A stretch of DNA of 64,000 bases from Syntrophaceae bacterium (GTDB lineage Bacteria > Desulfobacterota > Syntrophia > Syntrophales > UBA2192): assembly GCA_013177795.1 (NCBI GenBank), contig JABLXY010000003.1, forward strand, positions 701,578 through 765,577. The letters are read 5' to 3'. Shown one piece after another: positions 43,511-51,407 of the stretch. Position 1 is the stretch's first letter, and each line of letters starts with the position of its first letter. The notes under the pieces were generated by a model that saw only the letters and a program-made list of their open reading frames with translations, had not been told where the DNA came from and did no database searches. A program made the translations under genes and the position numbers.

Positions 43511-43831
43511 ATGCTGAGGGCGGTCGATGTACAGCAGATCCTGCTGCAGACGACGTCGGTGGAGAGAATCCAGCAGACGCAGCAGCAGCAGTCCGACCTG
43601 CAGCAGCGCTACGTGGCCGCGCACACGACCGAGGAGAAGAAGCTGCTCAAGGAGAAGGTGAAGGAATCGGACGAGACCGAGAAGGCCCGGGTCCAGCGCG
43701 AGGAGGAAAGGGAGCGGAGGCGCAGACCGGCCCGGGAGCCCCGGCAGTCCGACGAGAAGCCCCGCCCGGCGGCCGGTCAGGAAGACAGCCCCGCGGAGGG
43801 CCAGGGCAGCCGGATCAGCATCCGGGTCTGA
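43511..43831 (+). CDS. Small Gln/Glu/Lys/Arg-rich hypothetical protein
   Basis: 106 aa, GGGGAG RBS. MLRAVDVQQILLQTTSVERIQQTQQQQSDLQQ, then a charged low-complexity tail. Confidence 0.45.
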   Translation: MLRAVDVQQILLQTTSVERIQQTQQQQSDLQQRYVAAHTTEEKKLLKEKVKESDETEKARVQREEERERRRRPAREPRQSDEKPRPAAGQEDSPAEGQGSRISIRV

Positions 43832-43876
43832 TTCGTCATCCCGTCATCGCAAGGCATCCGCGGCGGCAACCAACCC

Positions 43877-44365
43877 ATGGGCATCATGGACATCGACCCG
43901 AAAACCTTTTTCGCCATCCAGGTGCTGGCCGACGTGGTTCTGTGCGTGGCCGTCGTCTTCATCCTCGGCAGGGTCAACCGCGAATTGAGGCGCAGGCCTT
44001 CCGGCGTCGACCCCGCGAGCCTGGCCGAGCTCAAGCGGGTCATCGAGGATTCCCAGAAGGCGACGACGGCGCTGATCGGGGCCATGGAGGAGAGCAAGAG
44101 GGCCCTCCGGGACATCTCGCGCGCCATCGACGAGAAGGAGGCCCGCCTGCGGGACTGCATGGAGGCGGCTTCCGCGCAGATCGACAGGCTCGACGAGGCC
44201 GGTGACGGCGCCGCCGGGAGCCGTCCGGAGCGGGACCGCGACGAGGTCCTCCGGCTCGCCGGCCAGGGTTTCACCCCGGCGGAGATCGCGGGGAGCCTCG
44301 GGCTCACGGAAGGCGAGATCCGCCTCATCCTGGACCTGGCCCGCCGCAGCGCTGACGTCCGCTGA
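43877..44365 (+). CDS. Membrane-anchored coiled-coil protein with a C-terminal HTH-like motif (DUF2802-like flagellar-cluster protein)
   Basis: TM helix FFAIQVLADVVLCVAVVFILG; C-terminal RDEVLRLAGQGFTPAEIAGSLGLTEGEIRLILDL. The family assignment is from memory of DUF2802 architecture. Confidence 0.5.
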   Translation: MGIMDIDPKTFFAIQVLADVVLCVAVVFILGRVNRELRRRPSGVDPASLAELKRVIEDSQKATTALIGAMEESKRALRDISRAIDEKEARLRDCMEAASAQIDRLDEAGDGAAGSRPERDRDEVLRLAGQGFTPAEIAGSLGLTEGEIRLILDLARRSADVR

Positions 44366-45504
44366 TGACCCCCGGCGTCCAATTCCCCACCCATCTCCGG
44401 CCCGCTGACGAACCGGTCCTGCAGATCCGGACCGGGCAGCCGCCGCCGGGCATGTCCCCGGGCCAGACCGTCGAGGTCCGCGTACTGGAGCGGCTGGCCG
44501 ACGGGCGGCTTCTCATCCGCGCGGGCGAAACGCACCTGACGGCCGAGGCGGCCCCGGCGCTGCGTCCCGGCCAGACGCTGACCGCGCGGGTGGAGAGCCT
44601 CCTTCCCCGGGTCGTGCTGTCGGTTGTGCCCTCGGCCGAGGAGCGCCTGATCGCGGAGCAGCTCCGGGCCTTCCGGTCCAACCCCGCCGCGCTCACCCAG
44701 AGCCTCGCGGAGCTGGCCGCGGTTCTCGGCGGCAGGACGGGCGGCGCCGCCCCGCAGGCGGGCCCCGATTTCCTGGCCGCGATCCTCGATGCGCTCAGGG
44801 CGGTCCTGCCGGGCCGGGAGCGGATCGGGGAGGGCTTCTCGCTCACCGACTTCGCCCGGACGCTTGGCCTGCTCACGGAGAGCGACCTGAGAAGGATCCT
44901 GGAAAAGCCCGGAGACCGCCAGACATCCCTGCCGGCCAACCTGAAGACAAGCCTGATGCGGGGCCTCCGCGAACTCCAGGCGGTCCCCGGGACGGGCGAA
45001 CCCGCCCCCGTAGAGACCGGCACGGCCCGCCCGCTCATCCCGGCCCTGGAGAAGGCCCTGCGGGCGATCGAGGGCCGGCAGCTCCTCGACGTCCACCTCC
45101 AGCAGGGCGAGGGGAAGCTGCTGTTCCAGGTGCCCCTCCTCATGGCCGGTCATGTGGGAAACGCGAGCATCCTCATCGAGCGCGACGGGCAGCGCGCCCT
45201 CCCGGGCGGGCGGGGCGGGGCGTTCCGGGTGCTCTTCGCCCTCGAGATGGACGCCCTGGGCGACGTGATGGCGCAGGCGCACTTCAGCGCAAACACGGTG
45301 ACGTGCAGCGTGCACTGCGCAGGCGCGGACGCGGCGTCGTTCGTCGCGGGCCTGCTCCCTGCACTCAACGATCAACTGGTCCGGGCGGGGTACCGCGTGG
45401 CGGGCCTCGAGGTGCTCGTCGACCGCCGGGTCCGAGAGACGATGCAGGATCGCCTCCGGGAGGCAATCTGCGGCGATGGCGCCGTGCTGAGCGTATTTGC
45501 GTAG
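44365..45504 (+). CDS. FliK-like protein (Flg_hook-type C-terminal domain)
   Basis: TGATG overlap with the upstream gene. C-terminal FRVLFALEMDALGDVMAQAHFSANTVTCSVHCAGADAASFVAGLLPALNDQLVRAGY resembles the FliK C-terminal domain. Confidence 0.55.
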   Translation: MTPGVQFPTHLRPADEPVLQIRTGQPPPGMSPGQTVEVRVLERLADGRLLIRAGETHLTAEAAPALRPGQTLTARVESLLPRVVLSVVPSAEERLIAEQLRAFRSNPAALTQSLAELAAVLGGRTGGAAPQAGPDFLAAILDALRAVLPGRERIGEGFSLTDFARTLGLLTESDLRRILEKPGDRQTSLPANLKTSLMRGLRELQAVPGTGEPAPVETGTARPLIPALEKALRAIEGRQLLDVHLQQGEGKLLFQVPLLMAGHVGNASILIERDGQRALPGGRGGAFRVLFALEMDALGDVMAQAHFSANTVTCSVHCAGADAASFVAGLLPALNDQLVRAGYRVAGLEVLVDRRVRETMQDRLREAICGDGAVLSVFA

Positions 45505-45547
45505 GAAGAGGCGCAAGGCAAAAGGCATAAGGCATAAGGGAAGAGGC
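45505..45547. repeat. Heptamer array GAAGAGGC GCAAGGC AAAAGGC ATAAGGC ATAAGGG AAGAGGC
   Basis: Read directly. It fills the spacer up to GTG 45550. Confidence 0.75.
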
Positions 45548-45549
45548 TC

Positions 45550-45867
45550 GTGAGAAGAAAGGCACCCCCGATCGGCGAGACGAGGCAGCAGAGACAGAAG
45601 ATCGCGGCGGCGCTCCGCTACGATGCGGCCACGGGAGACGCCCCGAGGCTCACGGCGAAGGGCAGGGGGGCCGTGGCCGAAAAGATCATCGAGCTTGCCC
45701 GGCGCCACGACATCCCCGTGCGCGAGGACAGGGCCCTCGTCGAGATCCTGAGCCGGCTCGAGATCGACCGGCAGATCCCCCCGGAACTCTACCGGGCCGT
45801 GGCGGAGATCCTCGCCTTCGTCTACTCCGCCAACGAGAGGTACCGGGAAGACAGGGGGCAAGAGTAG
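45550..45867 (+). CDS. Stand-alone FlhB C-terminal-domain protein (EscU/YscU/HrcU family, YlqH-like)
   Basis: KIAAALRYDAATGDAPRLTAKGRGAVAEKIIELARRHDIPV...LYRAVAEILAFVY aligns with FlhB residues following the NPTH site (HLAVAVRYD...LYRAVAEILAYVY). Confidence 0.85.
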   Translation: MRRKAPPIGETRQQRQKIAAALRYDAATGDAPRLTAKGRGAVAEKIIELARRHDIPVREDRALVEILSRLEIDRQIPPELYRAVAEILAFVYSANERYREDRGQE

Positions 45868-45924
45868 AGGATCGGGGGAACAGGGCAGGGACAGAGAAGC
45901 GCACCGCCCGATGGAGACCCCGCA

Positions 45925-45938
45925 GGCAATATTTTCCC
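45925..45938. promoter_or_regulatory. Degenerate enhancer-like site GGCAATATTTTCCC
   Basis: 11/14 identical to GTCAATATTTTGAC at 12265; 186 nt upstream of the flgF sigma-54 promoter. Confidence 0.25.
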
Positions 45939-46050
45939 GCCCCGCCCAGAATTACCCGCCTCTTTTCACAGGCCCAGGGTCTGCACCCCTTCGGCCCGTC
46001 GACCGACCAAAGTCCCTTCCGATGATAAATCCTTGAAATTCAACTAGTTG

Positions 46051-46105
46051 GCCTTCTCCTCTCTTTTCCCTCCTCGTGCCTTGAGCCTTGTGCCTTCTGC
46101 CTGTC
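46051..46105. repeat. Pyrimidine-rich tract followed by GCC-phased heptamers GCCTTGA GCCTTGT GCCTTCT GCCTGTC
   Basis: Read directly. It ends exactly 5 nt before the TGGCAC at 46111. Confidence 0.7.
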
Positions 46106-46110
46106 TTCGA

Positions 46111-46126
46111 TGGCACGCCCGTTGCC
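46111..46126 (+). promoter_or_regulatory. Sigma-54 promoter TGGCAC-gcccg-TTGCC
   Basis: Perfect -24/-12 spacing, 41 nt upstream of the flgF ATG at 46167. It overlaps the ORF-track start at 46110. Confidence 0.78.
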
Positions 46127-46166
46127 TCCTATGGGGTCGACACCACCCGGAGCGGAAACGATTGCC

Positions 46167-46880
46167 ATGATGTACGGTGTGAACACGGCGGTCAGCGCGG
46201 CCGTCAAGAAGCTCTCCCAGCACGACTACGTGACCCACAACCTGGCCAATGCCAACACGCCGGGCTTCAAGGCCGAGCGGCTGATTTTCGTGCGGAGGCC
46301 CGGGACGGACCCCATGGCCGAGGACGGCTTCAGCCACGACCCCGTCGTCCTGGTCGACCACTCGCCGGGGACGCTGCAGAAGAGCGGAAACCCTCTCGAC
46401 GTGGCCATCCAGGGGGAGGGGTACTTCGTCATCGAGACGAAGGACGGCGAGCGCTACACGCGCAACGGCAGCTTCACCCTCAACCAGAACCGGGAGCTCG
46501 TGACCCAGTCCGGCGACGCCGTGCTGGGCGAGGGCGGCAGGATCACGATTTCCGGCAAGAAGATCCAGATCTCGAATGCGGGGGCCGTCAGCGTCGACGG
46601 CAGCGAGGTGGGGAAGCTGAAGATCGTCGATTTCAAGAAGAAGGACGCGCTCGTGAAGCGGGGAGCCGGTCTTTTCGAGGCTTCCGACAAGGCCGAGCAG
46701 GCCGCGCTGGAAAACCCGGAGGTCCGCTCGGGCTACCTCGAGACCTCCAACGTCCAGGCCGTCAAGGAGATGATCGAGATGATCGACATCCAGCGCTCCT
46801 TCGAGGCCTACCTCAAGATCATGCAGACGATGAGCGAGCAGGACCGACTGGCGACGGGCCGGATCGGCAAGCTGACGTAA
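46167..46880 (+). CDS. flgF: Flagellar basal-body rod protein FlgF
   Basis: THNLANANTPGFKAERL; GYFVIETKDGERYTRNGSFTLN; C-terminal LETSNVQAVKEMIEMIDIQRSFEA. Confidence 0.9.
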   Translation: MMYGVNTAVSAAVKKLSQHDYVTHNLANANTPGFKAERLIFVRRPGTDPMAEDGFSHDPVVLVDHSPGTLQKSGNPLDVAIQGEGYFVIETKDGERYTRNGSFTLNQNRELVTQSGDAVLGEGGRITISGKKIQISNAGAVSVDGSEVGKLKIVDFKKKDALVKRGAGLFEASDKAEQAALENPEVRSGYLETSNVQAVKEMIEMIDIQRSFEAYLKIMQTMSEQDRLATGRIGKLT

Positions 46881-46883
46881 AAA

Positions 46884-46920
46884 CAGGCATTTAGGAAAAA
46901 GGCTAAAGGCGAAAGCCCTT
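46884..46920. repeat. Short GGC-phased purine array (CAGGCATTT AGGAAAA AGGCTAA AGGCGAA AGCCC)
   Basis: Read directly in the flgF-flgG spacer. Confidence 0.5.
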
Positions 46921-46935
46921 TTGGGAGGATTCGAT

Positions 46936-47721
46936 ATGATCCGATCTCTGTACACGGCGGCCACGGGCATGCTGGCCCAGCAGATCAACCAGGACGTCGT
47001 CGCCAACAACCTGGCGAACGTCCAGACCCCCGGCTTCAAGAGCTCCAGGGCCGAGTTCCAGGACCTCATGTACCAGGTGAGCCGGCAGGCGGGCGTGGGC
47101 ACCACGTCCGGCACGGCGCTGCCCCTGGGCATGGAGGTGGGCCTGGGCTCGAAGCTCACGTCGATCCAGAAGACCTTCACCCAGGGCGACTACCAGCAGA
47201 CGGGCAACCGCTTCGACTGGGCCATCGAGGGCGACGGCTTCTTCCAGGTCGACGACGGCAACGGCAAGACCCTCTACACCCGGGCCGGAAGCTGGAAGAT
47301 CAGCAAGGACCTCTACCTCGTGAATTCCGAGGGCCTCAAGCTGATCCCCGAGGTCACCGTGCCCACGGGGACGGTCACCTTCACCGTCGATGCCGGCGGC
47401 ACCTGGACGGCCAAGGACAAGGGCGGTGCGACCCTCGCCTCGGGCCGCCTCGAGCTGGCCAAGTTCGCCAACCCCGCGGGGCTGACGAACCTGGGCCGCA
47501 ACCTCTACGCCAAGACCGACGGCTCCGGCGAGCCTGTCACGGGAAACCCCGACACGGAAGGCTTCGGGACCATCTCCCAGACCTTCCTGGAGATGTCCAA
47601 CGTCAACGTCGTCGACGAGATGGTCCAGATGATCGTCGGCCAGCGGGCCTACGAGATCAACTCCAAGGCCATCCAGACGGCCGACAACATGTTGGCCATG
47701 GTCAACAACCTCAAGAGGTAA
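46936..47721 (+). CDS. flgG: Flagellar distal rod protein FlgG
   Basis: MIRSLYTAATGMLAQQINQDVVANNLANVQTPGFK; C-terminal LEMSNVNVVDEMVQMIVGQRAYEINSKAIQTAD. GGGAGGA RBS. Confidence 0.96.
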   Translation: MIRSLYTAATGMLAQQINQDVVANNLANVQTPGFKSSRAEFQDLMYQVSRQAGVGTTSGTALPLGMEVGLGSKLTSIQKTFTQGDYQQTGNRFDWAIEGDGFFQVDDGNGKTLYTRAGSWKISKDLYLVNSEGLKLIPEVTVPTGTVTFTVDAGGTWTAKDKGGATLASGRLELAKFANPAGLTNLGRNLYAKTDGSGEPVTGNPDTEGFGTISQTFLEMSNVNVVDEMVQMIVGQRAYEINSKAIQTADNMLAMVNNLKR

Positions 47722-47727
47722 GACGCG

Positions 47728-48453
47728 ATGAAACGCCCCCACGCCCTGTCCGCCCTTGCCGTCCTCCTGATCGCCCTTGCCTGCGCGTGCGGCGTCGCGG
47801 CCGACTGCGGGGCGGCGCCCGTCGGGGAGAAGGCGATCAAGGAAGCCGTGAAAAAGCACGTCGAGGACAACGCGCCCTGGCCGAGGGACCGGGTGCGCGT
47901 CGAGTTCTTCGGCGCGATGCCCGAGGTGTCCGTCGCCGGCGGGCCCACCGACATCCAGGTCCGCAGCCGCGCGGGCGAGCAGTACATCGGGCGCACGTCC
48001 TTCACCGTGCGCTTCTCGAAGGGCGACACCGTCGTCCGCGAGGAGACGGTGCGCGTGCGGATCGAGGTCCTCACCGACGTCGTCGTCAGCACCCGGGGCA
48101 TCCTGCGCGACGCCGTCATCAGGCCCGACGACGTGACCGTGACGAGCAAGTGGATGGACACGGCCACCACGGGGACCCTGGCGGACGCCGGCGAGGCGGT
48201 GGGCAAGAGGGCGACGGCCCGGCTCAACCCCGGCACGGAGATCACGCGGCAGATGCTGCGCTCGGTGCCCGTCGTGAAGAAGGGCGAGGTCGTCCGCATC
48301 GTCCTCGAGAGCGGCCCCATGACGATTTCCGCCGTCGGCCTGTGCCAGGAGGACGGCGGCCAGGGGGACCTCATCCGGGTCCAGAACGTGTCGTCGAAAA
48401 AGATCATCTTCGCCCGGGTGATGGGCACCGCCCTCGTCCGCGTGGACTTCTGA
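47728..48453 (+). CDS. flgA: Flagellar P-ring assembly chaperone FlgA
   Basis: Signal peptide plus a C-terminal SAF-like domain: VKKGEVVRIVLESGPMTISAVGLCQEDGGQGDLIRVQN. Confidence 0.88.
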   Translation: MKRPHALSALAVLLIALACACGVAADCGAAPVGEKAIKEAVKKHVEDNAPWPRDRVRVEFFGAMPEVSVAGGPTDIQVRSRAGEQYIGRTSFTVRFSKGDTVVREETVRVRIEVLTDVVVSTRGILRDAVIRPDDVTVTSKWMDTATTGTLADAGEAVGKRATARLNPGTEITRQMLRSVPVVKKGEVVRIVLESGPMTISAVGLCQEDGGQGDLIRVQNVSSKKIIFARVMGTALVRVDF

Positions 48454-48472
48454 GAAAGGGAGGCGCAAGCGC

Positions 48473-49162
48473 ATGAAAGTCTTCCGCACCGCTCTGTCGA
48501 TGACCCTGCTTCTGCTGCTCACGGGCTGCCTGGCCACGAGCTACGACGCCGCCATGAACCGCGAGCCCGTCGTGCTTCCTCCCCCGGCGCCGCAGGAGAT
48601 CAGGCAGACGCCGTCCCCGGGCTCCATCTGGCCGGGGGCGACGTCCAACAACCTGCTCTTCACCGACCGCAAGGCCCGCAACATCGGCGACATCGTGACG
48701 ATCGTCGTCGACGAGAAGGCCGAGGGCGAGAACAACGCCAACACGGACACCAAGCGCCAGACGTCGACCACGGCGGGGATCACCGGGTTCGTCCAGACCA
48801 ACCCCGACAAGCGGTTCGTCGCCGGCTACTCCCTGGGCGGCGCTGCGGACAGCTCCCTGAAGGGCGAGGGCAAGACCAACCGCGACGGCAGCCTCAAGGG
48901 CCGCATCAGCGCCCGCGTCGTGCGGGTGCTGCCCAACGGCAACCTCGTCATCGAGGGCCGCCGCATGCTCACGGTCAACGCCGAGGACCAGTTCATGGTG
49001 ATCACCGGGATCATCCGGCCCGATGACGTCACGACGGACAACCTCGTCTACTCGCAGTACATCGCCGATGCCCGGATCGTCTACGCGGGCAAGGGGGTTG
49101 TGGACGACAAGATGCGGCCGGGCTGGCTGACGCGGGTCGTGGACTGGGTGTGGCCGTTTTAG
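48473..49162 (+). CDS. flgH: Flagellar L-ring lipoprotein FlgH
   Basis: Lipobox LLLLTGC; GSIWPG; DRKARNIGDIVTIVV; NGNLVIEGRR. Confidence 0.95.
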   Translation: MKVFRTALSMTLLLLLTGCLATSYDAAMNREPVVLPPPAPQEIRQTPSPGSIWPGATSNNLLFTDRKARNIGDIVTIVVDEKAEGENNANTDTKRQTSTTAGITGFVQTNPDKRFVAGYSLGGAADSSLKGEGKTNRDGSLKGRISARVVRVLPNGNLVIEGRRMLTVNAEDQFMVITGIIRPDDVTTDNLVYSQYIADARIVYAGKGVVDDKMRPGWLTRVVDWVWPF

Positions 49163-49194
49163 GCTTCAGGCATCAGGCAACAGGCTTTGGGCAA
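49160..49194. repeat. Heptamer array TAGGCTT CAGGCAT CAGGCAA CAGGCTT TGGGCAA
   Basis: Read directly. It starts on the flgH TAG stop. Confidence 0.75.
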
Positions 49195-49276
49195 CGACCG
49201 GTCGAATATTGAAAAAGGTCAATCGAAACGGCCATATGGGCAACAAAATTGCAAGAATGGATACCTGACGGTGGGG

Positions 49277-50467
49277 ATGAAGATGAGCCGGAATCGCATG
49301 AACAGGGGAATTCTCACAGGGGTTGTGCTCGCCTTGGCGGCCTGCCTGCTGATGCCCGTCCCGGCCGGGGCGGCGCGGATCAAGGACATCGCCTCGATCG
49401 GCGGGATCCGGGACAACCAGCTCGTCGGCTACGGCCTCGTGGTGGGCCTCATGAACACGGGCGACAGCATCAAGAACGGCTTCACGAAAGAAACCCTCTC
49501 GAACATGCTCGCCCGGCAGGGCCTTGCCATGCGGGACAAGGACCTCAAGTCCAACAACATCGCCGCCGTGATGGTCACCGCCGTTCTGCCGCCCTTCGCC
49601 AAGGCGGGCTCCAAGCTCGACGTCATGGTCTCCTCCGTCGGCGACGCCAAGAGCCTCCTGGGGGGCACGCTTCTCATGACGCCGCTCCGGGGCGCCGACG
49701 GCGAGATCTACGCCGTGGCGCAGGGCGCCGTGGTGATCGGGGGCTTCGTGGCGGGCGCCAATTCGGGCTCGGGCAGCGCCGTGGCGAAGAACCACACGAC
49801 CGTGGGCTACATCACCAACGGGGCCCTCATCGAGAAGGAGCTCCAGTACGACTTCACGAAGACGCGCCAGCTCACGGTGAACCTCTACCAGCCCGACTTC
49901 ACGACGCTCACCCGGCTGGCCTCGACGATCCATTCCCGGGTCGGGGACGTGGACGTGCAGCTCGTCGACTCGGGCTCCGCCGTGATCACCGTGAAGAGCT
50001 CCTACAAGGGGAGCATCGTGAGTCTGCTGTCCGCCATCGAGAACCTCGACGTCTCCGTCGACACGCCGGCCGTGGTCGTGCTCAACGAGAAGACGGGCAC
50101 CGTCGTCATGGGGGAAAACGTCCGGATCTCGACGATCGCCGTGGCGCACGGGAACCTCAGCTTCCAGATCCGGGAGGAGTTCAACGTCTCCCAGCCCCTG
50201 CCCTTTGCCCCGCGGGGCACGGGAGGCGCCGTCGACGCAGGCCGGGGCGTGACGATGGGCCCCGGCGGCCAGACCGTCGTGACCCCGAGCAGCCAGGTCA
50301 ACGTGTCCGAGGAGAAGAGATCCCTCACCGTGGTGCCCCGGGGGGTCACCATCCAGGAGGTGGTGCGCGCCCTCAACGCCATGGGCGTCACCCCGAGGGA
50401 CCTCATCCAGATTCTTCAGACCATCAAGGCCGCGGGCTCCCTGCAGGCCGACCTGAAGGTGATGTAG
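49277..50467 (+). CDS. flgI: Flagellar P-ring protein FlgI
   Basis: Signal peptide, then ARIKDIASIGGIRDNQLVGYGLVVGL and the C-terminal VVRALNAMGVTPRDLIQILQTIKAAGSLQADL. Confidence 0.95.
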   Translation: MKMSRNRMNRGILTGVVLALAACLLMPVPAGAARIKDIASIGGIRDNQLVGYGLVVGLMNTGDSIKNGFTKETLSNMLARQGLAMRDKDLKSNNIAAVMVTAVLPPFAKAGSKLDVMVSSVGDAKSLLGGTLLMTPLRGADGEIYAVAQGAVVIGGFVAGANSGSGSAVAKNHTTVGYITNGALIEKELQYDFTKTRQLTVNLYQPDFTTLTRLASTIHSRVGDVDVQLVDSGSAVITVKSSYKGSIVSLLSAIENLDVSVDTPAVVVLNEKTGTVVMGENVRISTIAVAHGNLSFQIREEFNVSQPLPFAPRGTGGAVDAGRGVTMGPGGQTVVTPSSQVNVSEEKRSLTVVPRGVTIQEVVRALNAMGVTPRDLIQILQTIKAAGSLQADLKVM

Positions 50468-50478
50468 GAGCGCTGAAC

Positions 50479-50874
50479 ATGGAAGAAATCCGGCATATTC
50501 CGCCCCTGGCGACGCAGAACCTGGCCCGGATGTCGGCCCGGGCCGACGCCGCTTCCCCCGAGGACGAGGAAAAGGACCGGAAACTGAGGAAGTCCTGCGC
50601 CGATTTCGAAGCGTTGTTCATCAGTTACATCTTTCAGACGATGCGAAAGACCATCCCCGAGAGCACTGCCACGACCCGGATGCCCGGAAAAGACACCTAC
50701 ACGATGATCATGGACCACAAGCTCTCCGAGGACCTGGCCCGCCGGGGCGGGATCGGGCTGCAGAAGATTCTCTACGAGCAGCTGAGGCAGCCCCGGGGGG
50801 TCGTGAAACCGGGGGAGGCCGCCGGGGCGGAACCGCCGGAATCGGCCGTGAAAAAAACGCTAAAGACGGACTAG
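50479..50874 (+). CDS. flgJ: Rod-binding protein (FlgJ N-terminal domain only, no muramidase domain)
   Basis: 131 aa. CADFEALFISYIFQTMRKTIP rod-binding motif. Confidence 0.8.
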   Translation: MEEIRHIPPLATQNLARMSARADAASPEDEEKDRKLRKSCADFEALFISYIFQTMRKTIPESTATTRMPGKDTYTMIMDHKLSEDLARRGGIGLQKILYEQLRQPRGVVKPGEAAGAEPPESAVKKTLKTD

Positions 50875-50888
50875 GGTTTTGCCGATCA
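50861..50888 (+). promoter_or_regulatory. Sigma-28 promoter TAAAGACG-N12-GCCGATCA
   Basis: Close to the TAAAGTTT-N11-GCCGATAA consensus. It overlaps the flgJ stop and lies 32 nt upstream of the flgM ATG. Confidence 0.7.
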
Positions 50889-50919
50889 GTGTGTTAAGAT
50901 TCCCGCAGAGGTGTACGAA

Positions 50920-51237
50920 ATGAAGATTTCCAAAGTCGACGACGCCACCCTCCAGATGATCCAGCACTACCAGAAGGCCGACAAGGTCGAGGACCGTGCG
51001 CAGGAGAAACCGGAGAAGGCCGGCGCCGCCAATCTCGTACCCGAGGAAAAGGTGAATCTTTCCACCACGGCAAAGGACGTGCAGAGCCTGAAGAATGCCG
51101 TCTCGAGCCTGCCCGACGTCAGGGAGGACAGGGTCCAGAACCTGCGGGAGCAGATCGAGAAGGGCACCTACAAGGTCGACGCGGAGAAGGTTGCCGAGAA
51201 GATGGTGGGAGAGTCGCTGCTCGATGTCCTTTCCTGA
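50920..51237 (+). CDS. flgM: Anti-sigma-28 factor FlgM
   Basis: C-terminal VREDRVQNLREQIEKGTYKVDAEKVAEKMV is typical FlgM; preceded by a sigma-28 promoter. Confidence 0.88.
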   Translation: MKISKVDDATLQMIQHYQKADKVEDRAQEKPEKAGAANLVPEEKVNLSTTAKDVQSLKNAVSSLPDVREDRVQNLREQIEKGTYKVDAEKVAEKMVGESLLDVLS

Positions 51238-51407
51238 GCGAATCGGACTGATTCCCCCCGTTACAACTCAAGGGCTCCAGACCCGTCCGTATCCCGAAAC
51301 CGTCCGCAGAACGTAAGGAAGGGCGGGGCGCCGGAAACGGCCCCCGCCGGATTCCCGCAAAGCCGGCCCGCCCGACGGCCGGCCATGCCACGCAGGACAG
51401 GTGCGCC

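Noticed and set aside
43417-44205. 262-aa ORF overlapping the small charged protein and the DUF2802-like gene in another frame.
   Set aside because: The translation is Arg/Gly/Pro-rich and lacks an RBS. The alternative frames give genes with RBSs, a TM helix and coupled stop/start codons.
1365-49194. Whether the short tandem arrays could be CRISPR arrays, or a single REP/MITE family.
   Set aside because: The period is 7-8 nt with no unique spacers, so they are not CRISPR. Unit sequences differ between loci and there are no terminal inverted repeats, target duplications or transposase, so they are not a classical MITE. They are reported as an uncharacterised repeat class instead.
51270-51300. 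Possible sigma-28 promoter TCAAGGGC-N10-TCCGTATC upstream of flgN/flgK.
   Set aside because: The spacer is 2 nt shorter than the N12 seen at the three better candidates, and both elements are weak. It is left uncalled.
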